From positions 528,897-592,896 of the forward strand of contig NW_003314306.1 of assembly GCF_000143415.4 (NCBI RefSeq): 64,000 nt of DNA, given 5' to 3'. Positions 36,487-48,680 of this stretch are shown here, piece after piece (the first letter of the stretch is position 1; the number at the start of each line of letters is the position of its first letter). This DNA is from Selaginella moellendorffii. Its lineage: Eukaryota > Plantae > Lycopodiophyta. The notes under the pieces were generated by a model. It was not told the DNA's origin. It saw only the letters and a program-made list of their open reading frames with translations, and did not search any database. Both the position numbers and the translations under genes were made by a program.

Positions 36487-38260
36487 ATGAAAGGGACTCC
36501 AGGTTGCCACAAGATGCTTGGCCGACTCATTCTCCTGCTCGCTCTTTTCACCACCGTGTCACAATCTTGCGACCCCGAGGATGCTCGAGCACTTATAAGT
36601 TTTAAGTCCGGTTTCGTCGACACTGCTGCCTCCCTGTTCTCGTGGAATAACGTCACTGACTGCTGCGGATGGAGCTGGATTACGTGCAACAGGTAACCTT
36701 CGAACTTTATTTCTCTGTCCTTCTGAAGTCCCGTTTCTCTGTAGTGCTGGACGTGTCAACACCCTCAACTTAAGCTCTATAGCCATGTTCTTGAGCAACC
36801 AGCAAGGCCTGTCCGTCATCGCAAACACCATACCGCAGCTCACACAACTGGAATCCCTGGACCTGTCCAACCTCAACGTCTCCAGTCCGATTCCCCAAGC
36901 CTTGAGTTCCCTGCCCAACCTCAAGCTTCTCGCTATGAGCAACTGCAGCCTCTTCGGCCAAGTAGCAAGCTCTCTCTCCGAGCTTCCTCCCGGTCTGACG
37001 TACCTCGACATCTCGTACAACCTCTTCGACGATGGCGATCCGGAAAGCATCACCACGCTCTGCAACCTCCGCAGCCTCGAGCACCTCTTCATGGCGGGAC
37101 TCCCCGGCTTGATGCCCTTCATCCCGTCGTGCATATCCCAGTTGTCCAACCTCACCACGCTGGACTTCTCCTCCAATTCCCTCTCGCAGAGTTTCCCCCA
37201 GGAGCTGTCCAACCTCACGAAGATCACACGCCTGGACCTCAGCAACAACTACTTCTGGGGAAGCCTCGAGCCGCTATGCTCTTTGAGTGAAGTAACTTAC
37301 GTCAACCTGGAGCTCGGCTTTGATCCCACGAACAGCACCACCACTGCTGCTAGTCTGCCCGACTGCATTGGAAACCTCTCCAAGCTCACGGAGCTCCGCC
37401 TCTCAAACTGTTACCTCGTCGGGGAGATCCCATCTTCAATCGGCCAGCTTTCACAGCTTCGCTACCTCGGCCTGGACGGCAACTCCTTCACGACCAGGAT
37501 CCCGGACTCTCTCGGCAACCTCACGAACTTGGAAACTCTTGTTCTCAACAGGGACTCCACCGGCGGCGGCTCCATCTACGGTGACATCCCGGACTCTCTC
37601 GGCAACCTCGTCAACCTCAAGGACTTCGAGCTCTCCAGCGCTCAAGGCGTCACCGGACAGATCCCCGAGAGCTTCCAAAACTTTGAGAGCATCGAGACGC
37701 TCGTCCTTAGCAACCTTGGCATCGGTGGCCGGATTCGCGAGAGCCTCTTCCAGAGATTCTCCAAGCTCGAGTTCCTGGACCTGTCCCAGAATTTTCTCAT
37801 CGGCGCGATACCATCGTCGCTAGGCGCCATGGCTTCCCTCGAGGAGATCTATCTCTACAGCAACAACCTCAACGGCTCCATCCCCGACGCCATCGCCAAT
37901 CTCACCCGCCTCGCGACGCTGGATCTCTCCAGCAATCACCTCGATGGCCAAATCCCCGGCCCAGCGATCGCGCAGCTCACGGGGTTGCAAGTGATGGATC
38001 TCTCCGCGAACGATCTCACCGGAAATATTCCATCGGAGCTCGCGGATCTCGGCCAGCTCGCGACGCTCGATCTGTCCTGGAACCAGCTCTCCGGAGTGAT
38101 CCCGCCCGAAATCCACGATCTCTCATCGCTGGAGTACTTCAGCGTCGCGAACAACAATCTCTCCGGCCCCATCCCGGCGGAGCTCGGGAGCTTCGATGCC
38201 TCGTCCTTCGAGGACAATGCCGGACTGTGTGGATTCCCGCTAGATCCGTGCTCCAGCTAG
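36487..38260 (+). CDS. Second secreted LRR protein (paralog), 2 exons (to 36692; 36744-38260); start may be 36514
   Basis: Signal peptide, LRRNT CDPEDARALISFK..DCCGWSWITC, LRRs, ends NAGLCGFPLDPCSS*; same intron position as the first gene. Confidence 0.92.
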
Positions 38261-39437
38261 AGATGATCCCGGCCAGAGATGGAGAATAACCAGCATAGCA
38301 TCGGCGCTTACCGCTCGCTCAGCGCTTCTTTCTTCCAAGAACCCTAGAAATAGAATCAATCCTTGTCCGCCGCCTAAAACATTTTTGCTCTGCGACTCCT
38401 CCATAATCTTTGATGCATACATTTCGTGGATGAAGGCATAGCGTGCGATCAATCGCCCTAAAGCCTCTGCCTTCGTACTAGCATTGGAGAATCAGGCGCA
38501 TTATAGTGATGCTATATTTCAAAAGAGGAGCTTATATAGACCAACAAGATGATCCATCACTTCTGGAGCATGGAGTATGGAGGTTATAGTTTGAAGATTG
38601 CATGGAGCGTGGAGTAGGACATCGAAGGCCAAGATCAGGAAGACATGGACGACGTCATGACAATGGCAATCTTCTAGCATTTTAAAATCTTTTGGTCTCA
38701 TGCTTTATAGTGAACACTCCAAGACCGTAAACAGTATATGAGCTTTTGCAAGACCATAAACAGTATATGAATGAATGAATATAGTGCTCACAATGGATTG
38801 ATTCAAGTATGTTGCCTCAATTATCTGAAACTTGATGGATGTCTGTCTCTAATAAATACGATAATCTTTCTTTTATAGTGGTTTAGACAAAACTCAATCA
38901 GCCAGATGCATTGTACATTATGATGGTGATGGCTTCAGTGAAGCCAAAGAATTAACTTAGAAAAGCCTAGTATAATTCAAACATTACCATGATCCACTCA
39001 CTTTCTCACTTTCTGCTCAAAAGATCTTTGATCTTAGGTTTGCTACTCAAAATATCTGTAGCATACATGGCAAACTGCTGCTGAAAAACCTCTATTAACT
39101 ATTACGACTTATCGTTATCACCACCCATGTAGGAATCAAAAGACTGCAACCTTCTCACGGGCAGCCCTAGTGGTTGCGTAGAGCTCATTCCTAACAGGTG
39201 TTGAGAAACTTCTAGAGATGCCTTCGACGTGGAGCAGCCTCGGCCTCCAAGAAGCATTTGAAATACAAGAGTCACCCTGAAGTCATTCCTCAGGGTTTGG
39301 CTGTGATATCTTCATTGAAACCTCAGGCAGCAGCTTGCTTGCTCTATTGCTTGGCTCACATTCATCTCCCTGTTTACTGTTCACTCTCGGCTAGAGAAAT
39401 TTCTTCTGTAGTGTGTAGATTTGATACAAGCGCGACA

Positions 39438-40334
39438 ATGGCATCTGCGCTTCTCTCATCATCGTCTTCGTCTGCAGTCGTGTTGAAGCAGCAGCATCTG
39501 GTTCTGTCCAGGCATGGATCCAGTTCCATTGTCTCGTACAGAAGGATTCACCCTCTTGTGTGCAGAGCAACCAAGGTAAAACCAAAGGAGTCTTTGGGCA
39601 CTTGTTCTAAACATCAGCCTGGCCTTTTGCTTTTGTTTTTCGCAGGAAGGAGATTCAGATCAGGCAGCAGCAACATCACCAGTTGAGAAGAAGGTTGCAG
39701 CAGCAAGTCCTGTGACTCCAATCCAGACTCCTCCTCAGCCGAAGAAGCCTGAGGTACTACATCTGCTTCTCTAGAACGGCCATTGCTTAGAATCCTTCTT
39801 CATGGTTGTCTTTTGTCTTTTGTTGGTTGTCCCGCATTTTGTTCTTATTTGCCTCGGACTTCTCTCATTCTCTCAGGTTTGCAGGCTCCAGATCCATAAA
39901 TCATTTCCCTCTTCATTTCTATAGATTCATCTGCTTTGCTCTTCAGATCTCAAAGCTAAGATTCCTTTGTTGGTTTCGTCTTTCAGGCAAGCTTCTCGGA
40001 CCTGTTTGCGTTCTCTGGACCAGTGCCTGAGGCAGTAAATGGAAGACTGGCCATGCTCGGCTTCACCGCCGCCCTCGGTGTTGAGCTTGCTTCCGGGAGG
40101 GGCTTGCTTGGCCAACTCGACAATGGTGGAAGCAGCTATTTCGTTGGAGCAGCCTTGCTCTTCACGCTGGCTTCGTTGGTGCCTCTCTTCCAAGGAGTGA
40201 GTATCGAGAAAGCTTCTGGTGGCATTGGAGGAGTCTTCACTTCCAAAGCTGAGAGATGGAACGGTAGAGCGGCCATGCTTGGACTTGTGGCCTTGGGCAT
40301 CACGGAGTTTGTCAAAGGAAGCCCCCTTATATAA
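39438..40334 (+). CDS. ELIP: Early light-induced protein (LHC superfamily), 3 exons (39438-39575, 39646-39753, 39987-40334)
   Basis: Transit peptide; FAFSGPVPEAVNGRLAMLGF..ASLVPLFQG..AERWNGRAAMLGLVAL. Confidence 0.95.
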
Positions 40335-41086
40335 GAAACCTCTTCGCTATGTAGATGAGATGAGCTCTCACAGAAATCACATGATTAAATGAGAGGGAAT
40401 TTTATTCAAGACCTGGCTTCTGTATAAAGTATGGATCAAACAAGTCTGCATGGCCTGCACAAAATCACTTGCCAGTCTACCAAATCAAATCAAGGAATGC
40501 AACTTCAACACAGCCCCTAATTCTTGCTACTCCAGCTAGTCTTGTAAACTTTTTCAGTGCTATGGAAGTCCACGATGGCGTACCTATGAATCAATATGGA
40601 CCACGAGCCACAAGTGAAGCAGATCCACCGTGAACATAACAACCATAGACTGGTGAGTCGTCGTGGAGCCATACGAGGATGGGAAGCTCTACTTGGAGAT
40701 GGAGAAGTGTGAAAACTCCTCCTCAAGTCTAAAATTTCACACATGCATAGTTATGCCTCAATAGAGTTATAGTTGCAGGTGGAGATCTTGCGATCTTTAA
40801 TGATGAATTGAACACCTTCTTTGTTCTTGAACGTCTGAAAGCCCACCTGTAGTGTGGATGATAAAATACATCCTCTCATATTTGAGATTGAACACTTATC
40901 CTAGAGCAGCAGTTGAGGTTGGGGCTGGCACAAACGCGTTAATTACAACCTGCTTAAAGCATTCATGTCCCAAAATATGAACAAGATCAGTTGATCATCA
41001 AAAGCTCGACTCGGCATGCCTTAATCCCATGCCAAAGCCGAACCCATGCCTGCTTAATCACTAAATAGTAAGCTTGGAAATGGGAA

Positions 41087-43129
41087 ATGGAGAGAGCGCA
41101 ATCCCTGGGTCTCATCGATACTTGCACCACTTTGCCTGCTGCCAGAAGAATCCACGCTCGCATTCTAACCTCCTTCCCAGGCGATATCTTCATCCACAAC
41201 AGGCTGATCGAAATGTACACAAAATTGGGGAGCCTGGACGATGCGACAAAGACTTTCGAGGAATCGCAACGCAAGAATCTATTCTCTTTCGTGCTCATGC
41301 TCTCAGCTTATGCGCGCGCCGGGCAGCTCAATCGCGCTAAATCCCTCTTTGACGCCATGCCGGCGTGGAATCTAGTCGCATGGAATGCGATGCTAACTGC
41401 ATATACCCGTTCTGGGCAACTGGTGTATGCTAGGTCTGTATTTTCAAATATGCCGGATAAAAGTATTATTTCTTGGAACACTATGTTAGCACTGTACTCA
41501 CTGACCGGGGAAATCGACGTTGCCACCGAGACCTTTCTACAAATGCCTTTGAGAGACTTTATCTCGTGGACAACGATGCTTTCTGCATATACGCAAACTG
41601 GGTATTTTGAAGAAGCGGAAATTCTGCTGGACGAGATGCCGCAGCATTCTTTTAACTTGTGGGTATCTGTCCTTTCTTCTTATGCTAAACACAAATTAAT
41701 TAAAAAAGCGAAGAATGTTTTTTCAAGAATGCCGTATAGAAATCTTATTGCTTGTAATGTAATGGTCCTTGCATATGCCCAAAACGGGGATTTTGATGAA
41801 GCTTTTAGTTTTGTAGAAAGTTGCATGCCTGAGAGGGATTTGGTGACATGGACGTCCTTGCTTGCAGCATTGGCACAATACGGTCATGTGGAAGATGCCA
41901 AGCGTGTGTTTGATTCGTTCCCAGGACAAGATTCCATCTCGTGGACCGCAATGCTGACGGCATATGCCCAGAACGGGTATCTCGAAGATGCGAAGCGAAT
42001 GTTTCGTGACATGCCTGAACTGAATCTCGTGTCGTGCAACTCTATGATGGTGGCTTTTGCTGAAAATGGGGAAATTGACTCTGCAAAAGATGTTTTTAAT
42101 AGCATGCCAAAACATGATGTCATCTCTTGGACGTCTATGATGGTTGCTTATACGCAGAATGGTTTCTTAGAAGAGGCGAGAGAAACATTTGATCGCATTC
42201 CTGTGAAGAACTTAGTTTCTTACAATGCCATCCTCTCTGCATATGCCCAATCAGGGAATATCCAAGATGCTAGAAGAATCTACGCTGTAATGCCTCAACA
42301 CACAGTCACGTCCTGGACGTCTATGATCACCGCATTTGCTCAAAATGGTCTTTTGGAAGAAGCAAAGCATGTTTATGACCAAATGGGCCAAAGGGATCTC
42401 ATTGCAATGGCTTCGATGCTTTCGGCATATGCTCAAAATGGACACATTGTCGAAGCCAAGAGATTCTATGATAGTTTTCCAGAATGGAACATGGTATCAA
42501 CTAACACGATGCTTTCGGCATATGCCCAGCATGGCTATCTAGATCAAGCACTTGTTGTCTTTGACAATATGCCCCAGAGAGACGAAGCTACTTGGAATGC
42601 AATCCTGGCAACTTATACTCAGAACGGACATCTTTCAGATGCCAAGAGAATCTTTCACTCCATGCCTAGCCACAATATCATCTCGTGGAATACCATTTTA
42701 GCTGGTTTTGTGGAAAGTGGACAGCCAGCAATGGTGAAAAAGCTTTTCAATGAGATGCGATCAACAATTCATCCGGACAAGGCTTGCTTTGCCATGGTCC
42801 TCATTGCCAGCAGCCAAGATGGCAAAGTTAACAAGGGGATCCAAAACTTTAGAAGCATGGTTTACGACTATGGAATCCAACCTTCGAAGCAGCACTATTG
42901 CTGCATGGTTGATATCCTTTCAAGAGCTCGGCATTTGGATGTGGCAATGGAGCTAATTGAGAGCATGCCTTTTGTTGCTGATGGAGTGGATTGGATGTGC
43001 TTTCTTTCAGCTTGCGGGCGTCAAGCGCATGGTCATGCTGGCTTGAGTGTGGCAAGGCATGCAGTTGAGAAAGACGAGAAAAAAGCAGCGTTTTACGTGT
43101 CAGTGGCAAACATCTACTCAGAGCTTTGA
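41087..43129 (+). CDS. PLS-class PPR protein with a long run of ~31-aa S-type motifs and a truncated E domain (no DYW)
   Basis: Repeated SWTxMLxAYAQNGxxxxAKxxFDxMP; terminal HYCCMVDILSRA..MPF..W..LSAC..YVSVANIY; intronless. Confidence 0.93.
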   Translation: MERAQSLGLIDTCTTLPAARRIHARILTSFPGDIFIHNRLIEMYTKLGSLDDATKTFEESQRKNLFSFVLMLSAYARAGQLNRAKSLFDAMPAWNLVAWNAMLTAYTRSGQLVYARSVFSNMPDKSIISWNTMLALYSLTGEIDVATETFLQMPLRDFISWTTMLSAYTQTGYFEEAEILLDEMPQHSFNLWVSVLSSYAKHKLIKKAKNVFSRMPYRNLIACNVMVLAYAQNGDFDEAFSFVESCMPERDLVTWTSLLAALAQYGHVEDAKRVFDSFPGQDSISWTAMLTAYAQNGYLEDAKRMFRDMPELNLVSCNSMMVAFAENGEIDSAKDVFNSMPKHDVISWTSMMVAYTQNGFLEEARETFDRIPVKNLVSYNAILSAYAQSGNIQDARRIYAVMPQHTVTSWTSMITAFAQNGLLEEAKHVYDQMGQRDLIAMASMLSAYAQNGHIVEAKRFYDSFPEWNMVSTNTMLSAYAQHGYLDQALVVFDNMPQRDEATWNAILATYTQNGHLSDAKRIFHSMPSHNIISWNTILAGFVESGQPAMVKKLFNEMRSTIHPDKACFAMVLIASSQDGKVNKGIQNFRSMVYDYGIQPSKQHYCCMVDILSRARHLDVAMELIESMPFVADGVDWMCFLSACGRQAHGHAGLSVARHAVEKDEKKAAFYVSVANIYSEL

Positions 43130-43149
43130 CGTTAATGAAGGATCGCAAG

Positions 43150-43520
43150 GGAGAAATATACTCGCTGAGAGAAGTCTCTGAACCGCTTTGTTTGTTGTGA
43201 TCGATTTCATGCAGGGCTTGAAGCTGGAGCAGGAGATGCTGGATCACCCGTTGCTTCAAAAGGCAGAGTATGATTGTCAACGTCTCCGTTCCTGTCGTGG
43301 CTTAAACTTGAGGATCAACCATGCAATCGGAAAGGTGATAAGCATGATCCAGGAGCTAAAAGAGGAGTTTAAGCATAAAAAGAGGGAGATACTGTTGTCC
43401 GAAGAAGGCCTCAGAGGCACGAATGGTGTTATGGAGTACCTGGCGGGAATAGAGACATTCATGACTGGAAACATAGAAATGGTCGTGGCAGCACGGCCAT
43501 GGGTTGGATACCTCCACTGA
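43150..43520 (+). pseudogene. Probable C-terminal fragment of a microbial-type (class I) terpene synthase (MTPSL)
   Basis: IDFMQGLKLEQEMLDHPLLQK resembles LEYAxGLDLPxEVxxHPxxQ, and AIGKVISMIQEL.EEF..EYLAGIETFMTGNIE resembles the final helices before WxxxxxRY. The NSE motif and the N-terminus are missing. Confidence 0.45.
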
Positions 43521-43629
43521 TAAACTCCGCCAACTTTTCCCTTGAATAATTGAGTGTGATATCGTGCCTGCTCTGAAAATGAAGAAACTCCCACAAAGCC
43601 ATAAACATGAAATCTCAGCTTGAGAACCT

Positions 43630-43825
43630 GTAAAATGGTTGGGATAATGAGAATATAACTCAAAAGGGATAGAACGAAACTCCCTACACTTGAATATTGT
43701 GGATGCATCCTCTCAGCTCCTAAAAAAGTGGAGCAAGCATTGCATTATGTTGTTCATGCATGATTTCACTCTTGTATGCTTCAAAAAAAGAAAACATCTA
43801 CATACTAGAATGCATAAAAGTATCC
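43630..43825. repeat. Dispersed repeat; inverted copy at ~52090-52258
   Basis: TAAAATGGTTGGGATAA..GAGCAAGCATTGCATTATGTTGTTCATGCATGA matches the reverse complement near 52090-52258 (shared SKHCIMLFMHDF translation). Confidence 0.7.
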
Positions 43826-43949
43826 CTTTTCTTCAGTGCAGGATCATGGGAAAAATAAAGACTCCAAAACAATAAAGGAGTCACAAGATTATCTTCATAT
43901 AATTGAAGTTAGTATTCATGAATTGAAGACTTAAATTAATGACTTTGGG

Positions 43950-45300
43950 AGGTCAAATACAAATGAGGACATGAGTCTTTGAAATGGTAGCCAAAGTTAT
44001 CTTTAATAAATGTTGGAACAAACCCAAGGAGTTGGGGGTGTACTTATTCTCATTATGTTTTAAGGGGCAAAGGTAACCCATAAAAAATGAAAAATAATGA
44101 AGAGTCAGGATAACATTTGTAAAGATGGTCTTTGTGAGTAGAACATAAATACAAGAAGTTATATTCCAATGAATTGATACCTCAAAAATAGCCAAGAGTT
44201 TAAAACCTTATAGGTAGTCAAATTGGCAAAGTCCAAAAAGCTGGATAACTCAAATAAAGTCAAAAATTGATCCTAAAGGACTAATGAAAGCATTTAGACT
44301 AAAGTGTGTTGCACCTTACAAAGAATGGGAAGGATCATAAAATCTAAGTATAAGAATAATGAGTATCTCATTGATGGCAGAATATGCTATACTAAAGTTG
44401 TGGGAAAGATGTTCCTAGAACAAAACAACTTTAGTACAGAATTATGTATAAACACTATAGTGCAATACTAACTAATAGTTGGTATGAGAAATGATTACTT
44501 TGGTTTTGACAAAAACTTAGTGGAAAGTGTTGTAAGGATAAGCTTATAGAATTGATAGTGTGGAGACACTAAATGTGCCAAAATGTGATGTTTTGAAGTT
44601 TAGTTAATAGATTCATGAGAATCCTTTGCCAAAGGAACCCTAATAAAAATGAGAATGACATAGTCTAAGCTAAAAAATATACAGTTAGAGTGTGGTGACC
44701 CAAATAATGATGGAGGTGTGGAAACACTAGCAATGAGTTATAAAACTTGACAACTATAAGGCAACTAAGCAAAATATGCAATATAATTAATTGGATTGGT
44801 AAAAGTTAACTACCTAAAACTTCTTATTAGGATAAAAAAGTTAGATATATCCCTCGAGGGGATAAATTGTTTATGTTGCGATATAATAAAACAATGTCAT
44901 AAAGGGAAATGCTCATTATTAAAGAATGCCATTATTGGGACAACTAAACACTTTAAAATACCAGAAAGTGGTGTTTGATATCATAAGGGCATTAGATAAG
45001 GACTAAGAAACTAAGTCTCTAACAAATAATAAATAGGAGGTGTTATCCAATGTTTAAGGTTGTGGAGACGAAATAAGTCCATTTATCTAAATTGGACAAA
45101 ACCAAAAAAGATTTTAGCAAGGTTAGTAACGAGCATATAAAGGCCCATAAGTAGTAATGTTAATCCTGGTGTGTGGGATTATAAAGTGAGCATATCTAAA
45201 TTGAAAAACCACTCCCTAGGCTATTGGGTAGGTTCAACCTTAAAAATATTTACTAAGGCATGGTAAAAAGTGCAAAGTTATCCTTTTAGCCTGGAAAAGA
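43950..45300 (+). mobile_element. Highly degenerate non-LTR (L1-like) retroelement remnant
   Basis: KCWNKPKELGV resembles the post-RT C.PK..GGLG motif, with a Cys cluster near 44870; AT-rich and stop-riddled. Confidence 0.35.
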
Positions 45301-46779
45301 ATAACTGAAAGAAATATGTGATACCAAAAGCAAGTAATAAACAGAAAGAACCAAACCATAAAAAGCAAAAAGCAAAGCCAAAGATGGTTATGCAAGTTGA
45401 GAGTGGAGAATTAAATGGGTGCTCAAAAGTGCTACTACTGGCAATTATGATGCCATGGAAGGTCTAAAATATAGAATTGTCTATATTAGACCATATGACA
45501 ATTAAAACACTTGCAAAAGGAAAGGCTTTAACAAATTAAGAAACAAAGTCCTTTCAAGGTTCCCAAAAGCAATTCTATGTAAGTTAGTGTTTAAAAAGAC
45601 AAATGTAAATAATTTATAGAACACACAAAATTAGAGTGGCACAACAGAAGTGTGATCTTGAAGCTTGCCATAAAGCGAAGCTATCAAGGTTGGGAAAGTA
45701 GTTCTTAAGTGTTTAATGAGATGGGTTTGAACAAAAGTCGATGGTTAAGGATTTTCATGCTTATACATAAAACCATGTTACACTGGTCGGATAACTTGCT
45801 AAACAAGATTGGCAAGTCGGGGGACCTATGGAATGATATTTCATTTCACTTAAATCTTAACAACAACAATGTTAATGATAAAGTATCACTTCAATGCCAT
45901 CAACATTAAAACAAAGCTAAAAGAAAGCAAGAGTGAATCACTACTCAAAGCTCTTTAACAACCAAGTTAACCAAAGTTAAAAATACATTAGTCAATATTT
46001 GACACTAATCCTTCAACAATACTTAGTTACAGATAACATATCATCAAGGAATGATTCACCACTTCCAAAACTTAATGTAATTTAATACACAGACTAAATG
46101 CAATCAAATAATATTGACAAAGGTAGAGTTGCTATATCAACATAAAAAAACCATATAAATTTAATAACATGATCCTTTGCAACACCATCCAGTAAATAAG
46201 CCCACTGATAAATCTTTATCAAACAAAGTAAGTGTTAAAAGTCATTGACAAAGTCTATAAATAATCACTAGTTGCAAAGCACTCTTTCAACTTATTTTTA
46301 TAAGACCTTAACACTAAACTGATGCAAAGGATATAAAATTGGTTCTTTGCCACCAGATCCAATGGTTCTGCATGCCAATCCGTAGAAGTCCCGTAGGACA
46401 CAGATCTCAGCACCACTATGCGCAATCAAGTGGTACCAGCGCTAGCATGATAGCAGCAGTGGCCATGCAGGCTTTTGAGCAGCTCAACTCTGCCAACCTG
46501 GAAGACTGGTCTGATGTGTTCCATGACAAATGCCACATGAGAGCTAGCAGGCATCTTGTAGTGCAAATGCCGCAGCCAGCAGTCATTCACTAGTGGCAAA
46601 AGTCTATCATCATAAGAGAAATATGGCAAACCTATAAGCCACCAATACTCGTGTGTCCTGCAAAGTCCTAAGGTATCAGGACTTTGTGGGACTCCAACGT
46701 ACTAGGCATTTTGTAGTTAAGGAAGGTAAGCTTGCACCTGCTATAAAAGTTATGCCTTGGACACACTGCTGCACCAGCA

Positions 46780-48203
46780 ATGGATGCGATTCATTCTGAA
46801 TCTCTTCATGACTGCAATCAATTAAGCAGCAGTAGAGTTGTTCAATCTGCCTTCCATGTCATTCGGCCTCAGCACGTTCTACCACCTTCACCTCATTTTC
46901 TCTCAAACCTTGATCTTTGCTACAGCAAGCCTGAATTCTGCGCACTTGTGCTCTTCTTCAGGGATTGCTTCGTCCCTGCCACAGGAGCCAAGAGTTTTCT
47001 AGACAGGCTCAGGTCTTCACTGTCCAAGGTGCTAGTCTTCTATCCTGTTCTCGCTGGAAGGCTCAGGGAAAGCGGGAGTGGAAGGCTCGAGGTAAACATG
47101 AACGGCCAAGGTGTCCACTTTGTGGAGTCAAAGGTGGACGCAAGCTTCCAAGATTGGCAAGACATACGCCAGTGCCCACTAGACATAGATTTATCGCTCG
47201 ACACCGCTGTTGTCAATCCCAGCGATGTTCCTGTTATCAAGTTCCAAGTGACACAGTTTCGCTGCGGGGGCATTGCCATAGCAGTTCATTTCTTGCACAT
47301 TGTCCTGGACGGCTCCAGCCTCTACAGCTTCCTCAACGCATGGACTCAAGTTCACCGTGGAAGCACAATATTTTGTGAGAGCTTTCCAAGAGAACGGGTG
47401 CCCTTGGCTAGGGATCCTCCAATCATTGACGCTGCTGCACCCGACAAGCAAATCGATGCAAGCAACAACACGCCCTGCAATCTGGTGACACTTCGAATGG
47501 AGCAAACCGCAATAGATGCTTGCAAGCGCGAATCTCAACCGGCACCTTTGCCTACAACGGTGGAAAAGCTACGGGCTTTGAGGCAGTGTTGTCGATGCTA
47601 TGGTCGTCTATGCTACGTGCACAGGGAGTTCCGCATTACCTTGACACGTCTCTCTCGTTCCCTGTCAACTTGCGCGGCCCGAAACTAGCACTCGTCCCCC
47701 AAAACTATTTCGGCAATGCCATTGCCATTTGCCAGGTTCATGCGCCTCGAGCTGGTGACATAGTTGCTTCGGACTTATCGTATGCTGCGAATCTCATACA
47801 CAAAGCCAAGACCTCCTGCAATGGAGCATCCGTTCAGAGCATGCTGGACTGGCTGGAGCTCAATCCTGCTCATCATCACAACCAGGAGCTTCACTGGAGG
47901 CGGGGAATTACATCCACGACCATCACCAATTTCCCCATGTATGGTATCGACTTTGGGTGGCGAGGAGGAACACTCTCCCAGCTTTCCTTTCTGCCGAGCA
48001 AAGTTCCACCCTACATGCCATCTGTATGTGGAATGCTGCCCTCGCCAAGACCCAAGTCAATAGAGATTGTCATTGGGCTGCATCACCAGGGCCGAGAAGT
48101 GCTGTTACAGGACCATCTCTTCACACGTTATTTCTCAGCGTCCGAGATTAAACTCTGGACTGGAGAAAGCATATGTAGAGCTTTGAGGAGAGTCCCAAAA
48201 TAG
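46780..48203 (+). pseudogene. BAHD acyltransferase with a single frameshift near 47525-47540
   Basis: LSNLD, YPVLAGRL, QVTQFRCGG, HIVLDG (HxxxD) in ORF 46780-47688; PVNLR..YFGN and DFGW in the overlapping ORF 47520-48203; no intron signal at the junction. Confidence 0.85.
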
Positions 48204-48204
48204 T

Positions 48205-48680
48205 TTTCACTCCCATAAAAAATGCCCCATTCTTAAATCCTTTGTAGCCTCCTCCTTCTGCTGGAACACGGGCTCATTGAGAGGCTGCCCGGCGAAGATC
48301 GCGCCAACGTACAAGATTTGTACAAATCGTTTCACACCATGACACTGTCTCCGTGGCTCAGCTCCACCGTCGTGTGAGCCTAGATCGGGGATGTGCCTTT
48401 GCTTTCAAAGTTAGCCTGCCTTCTCCAGAGTATAAGTGAAGAAGTTGAAGGAAACTGGCATCCGGTTGCATGTTTAAAGTTACGTTGTGGTACATGGTTG
48501 GAGTGCGAGTGTAGACTGTTGAAGAGAGGCCCAGTGATTCTCCAGCTATGACTTTGACACTGGTGCCATCTTTCTCTGCCAATCTTATCCTCGTAGTTTG
48601 GCTTGATTCTGGAATAGAACAACTGCTTGGTTGTTACTCTGAAGCCTCTGAAGAAGCAAAGAGGAAACCAAGGATACTTA
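48205..48680 (-). pseudogene. Pirin-like gene fragment
   Basis: EKDGTSVKVIAGESLGLSSTVYTRTPTMY and FAGQPLNEPV match the plant pirin C-terminal half; deleted and frameshifted. Confidence 0.75.
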
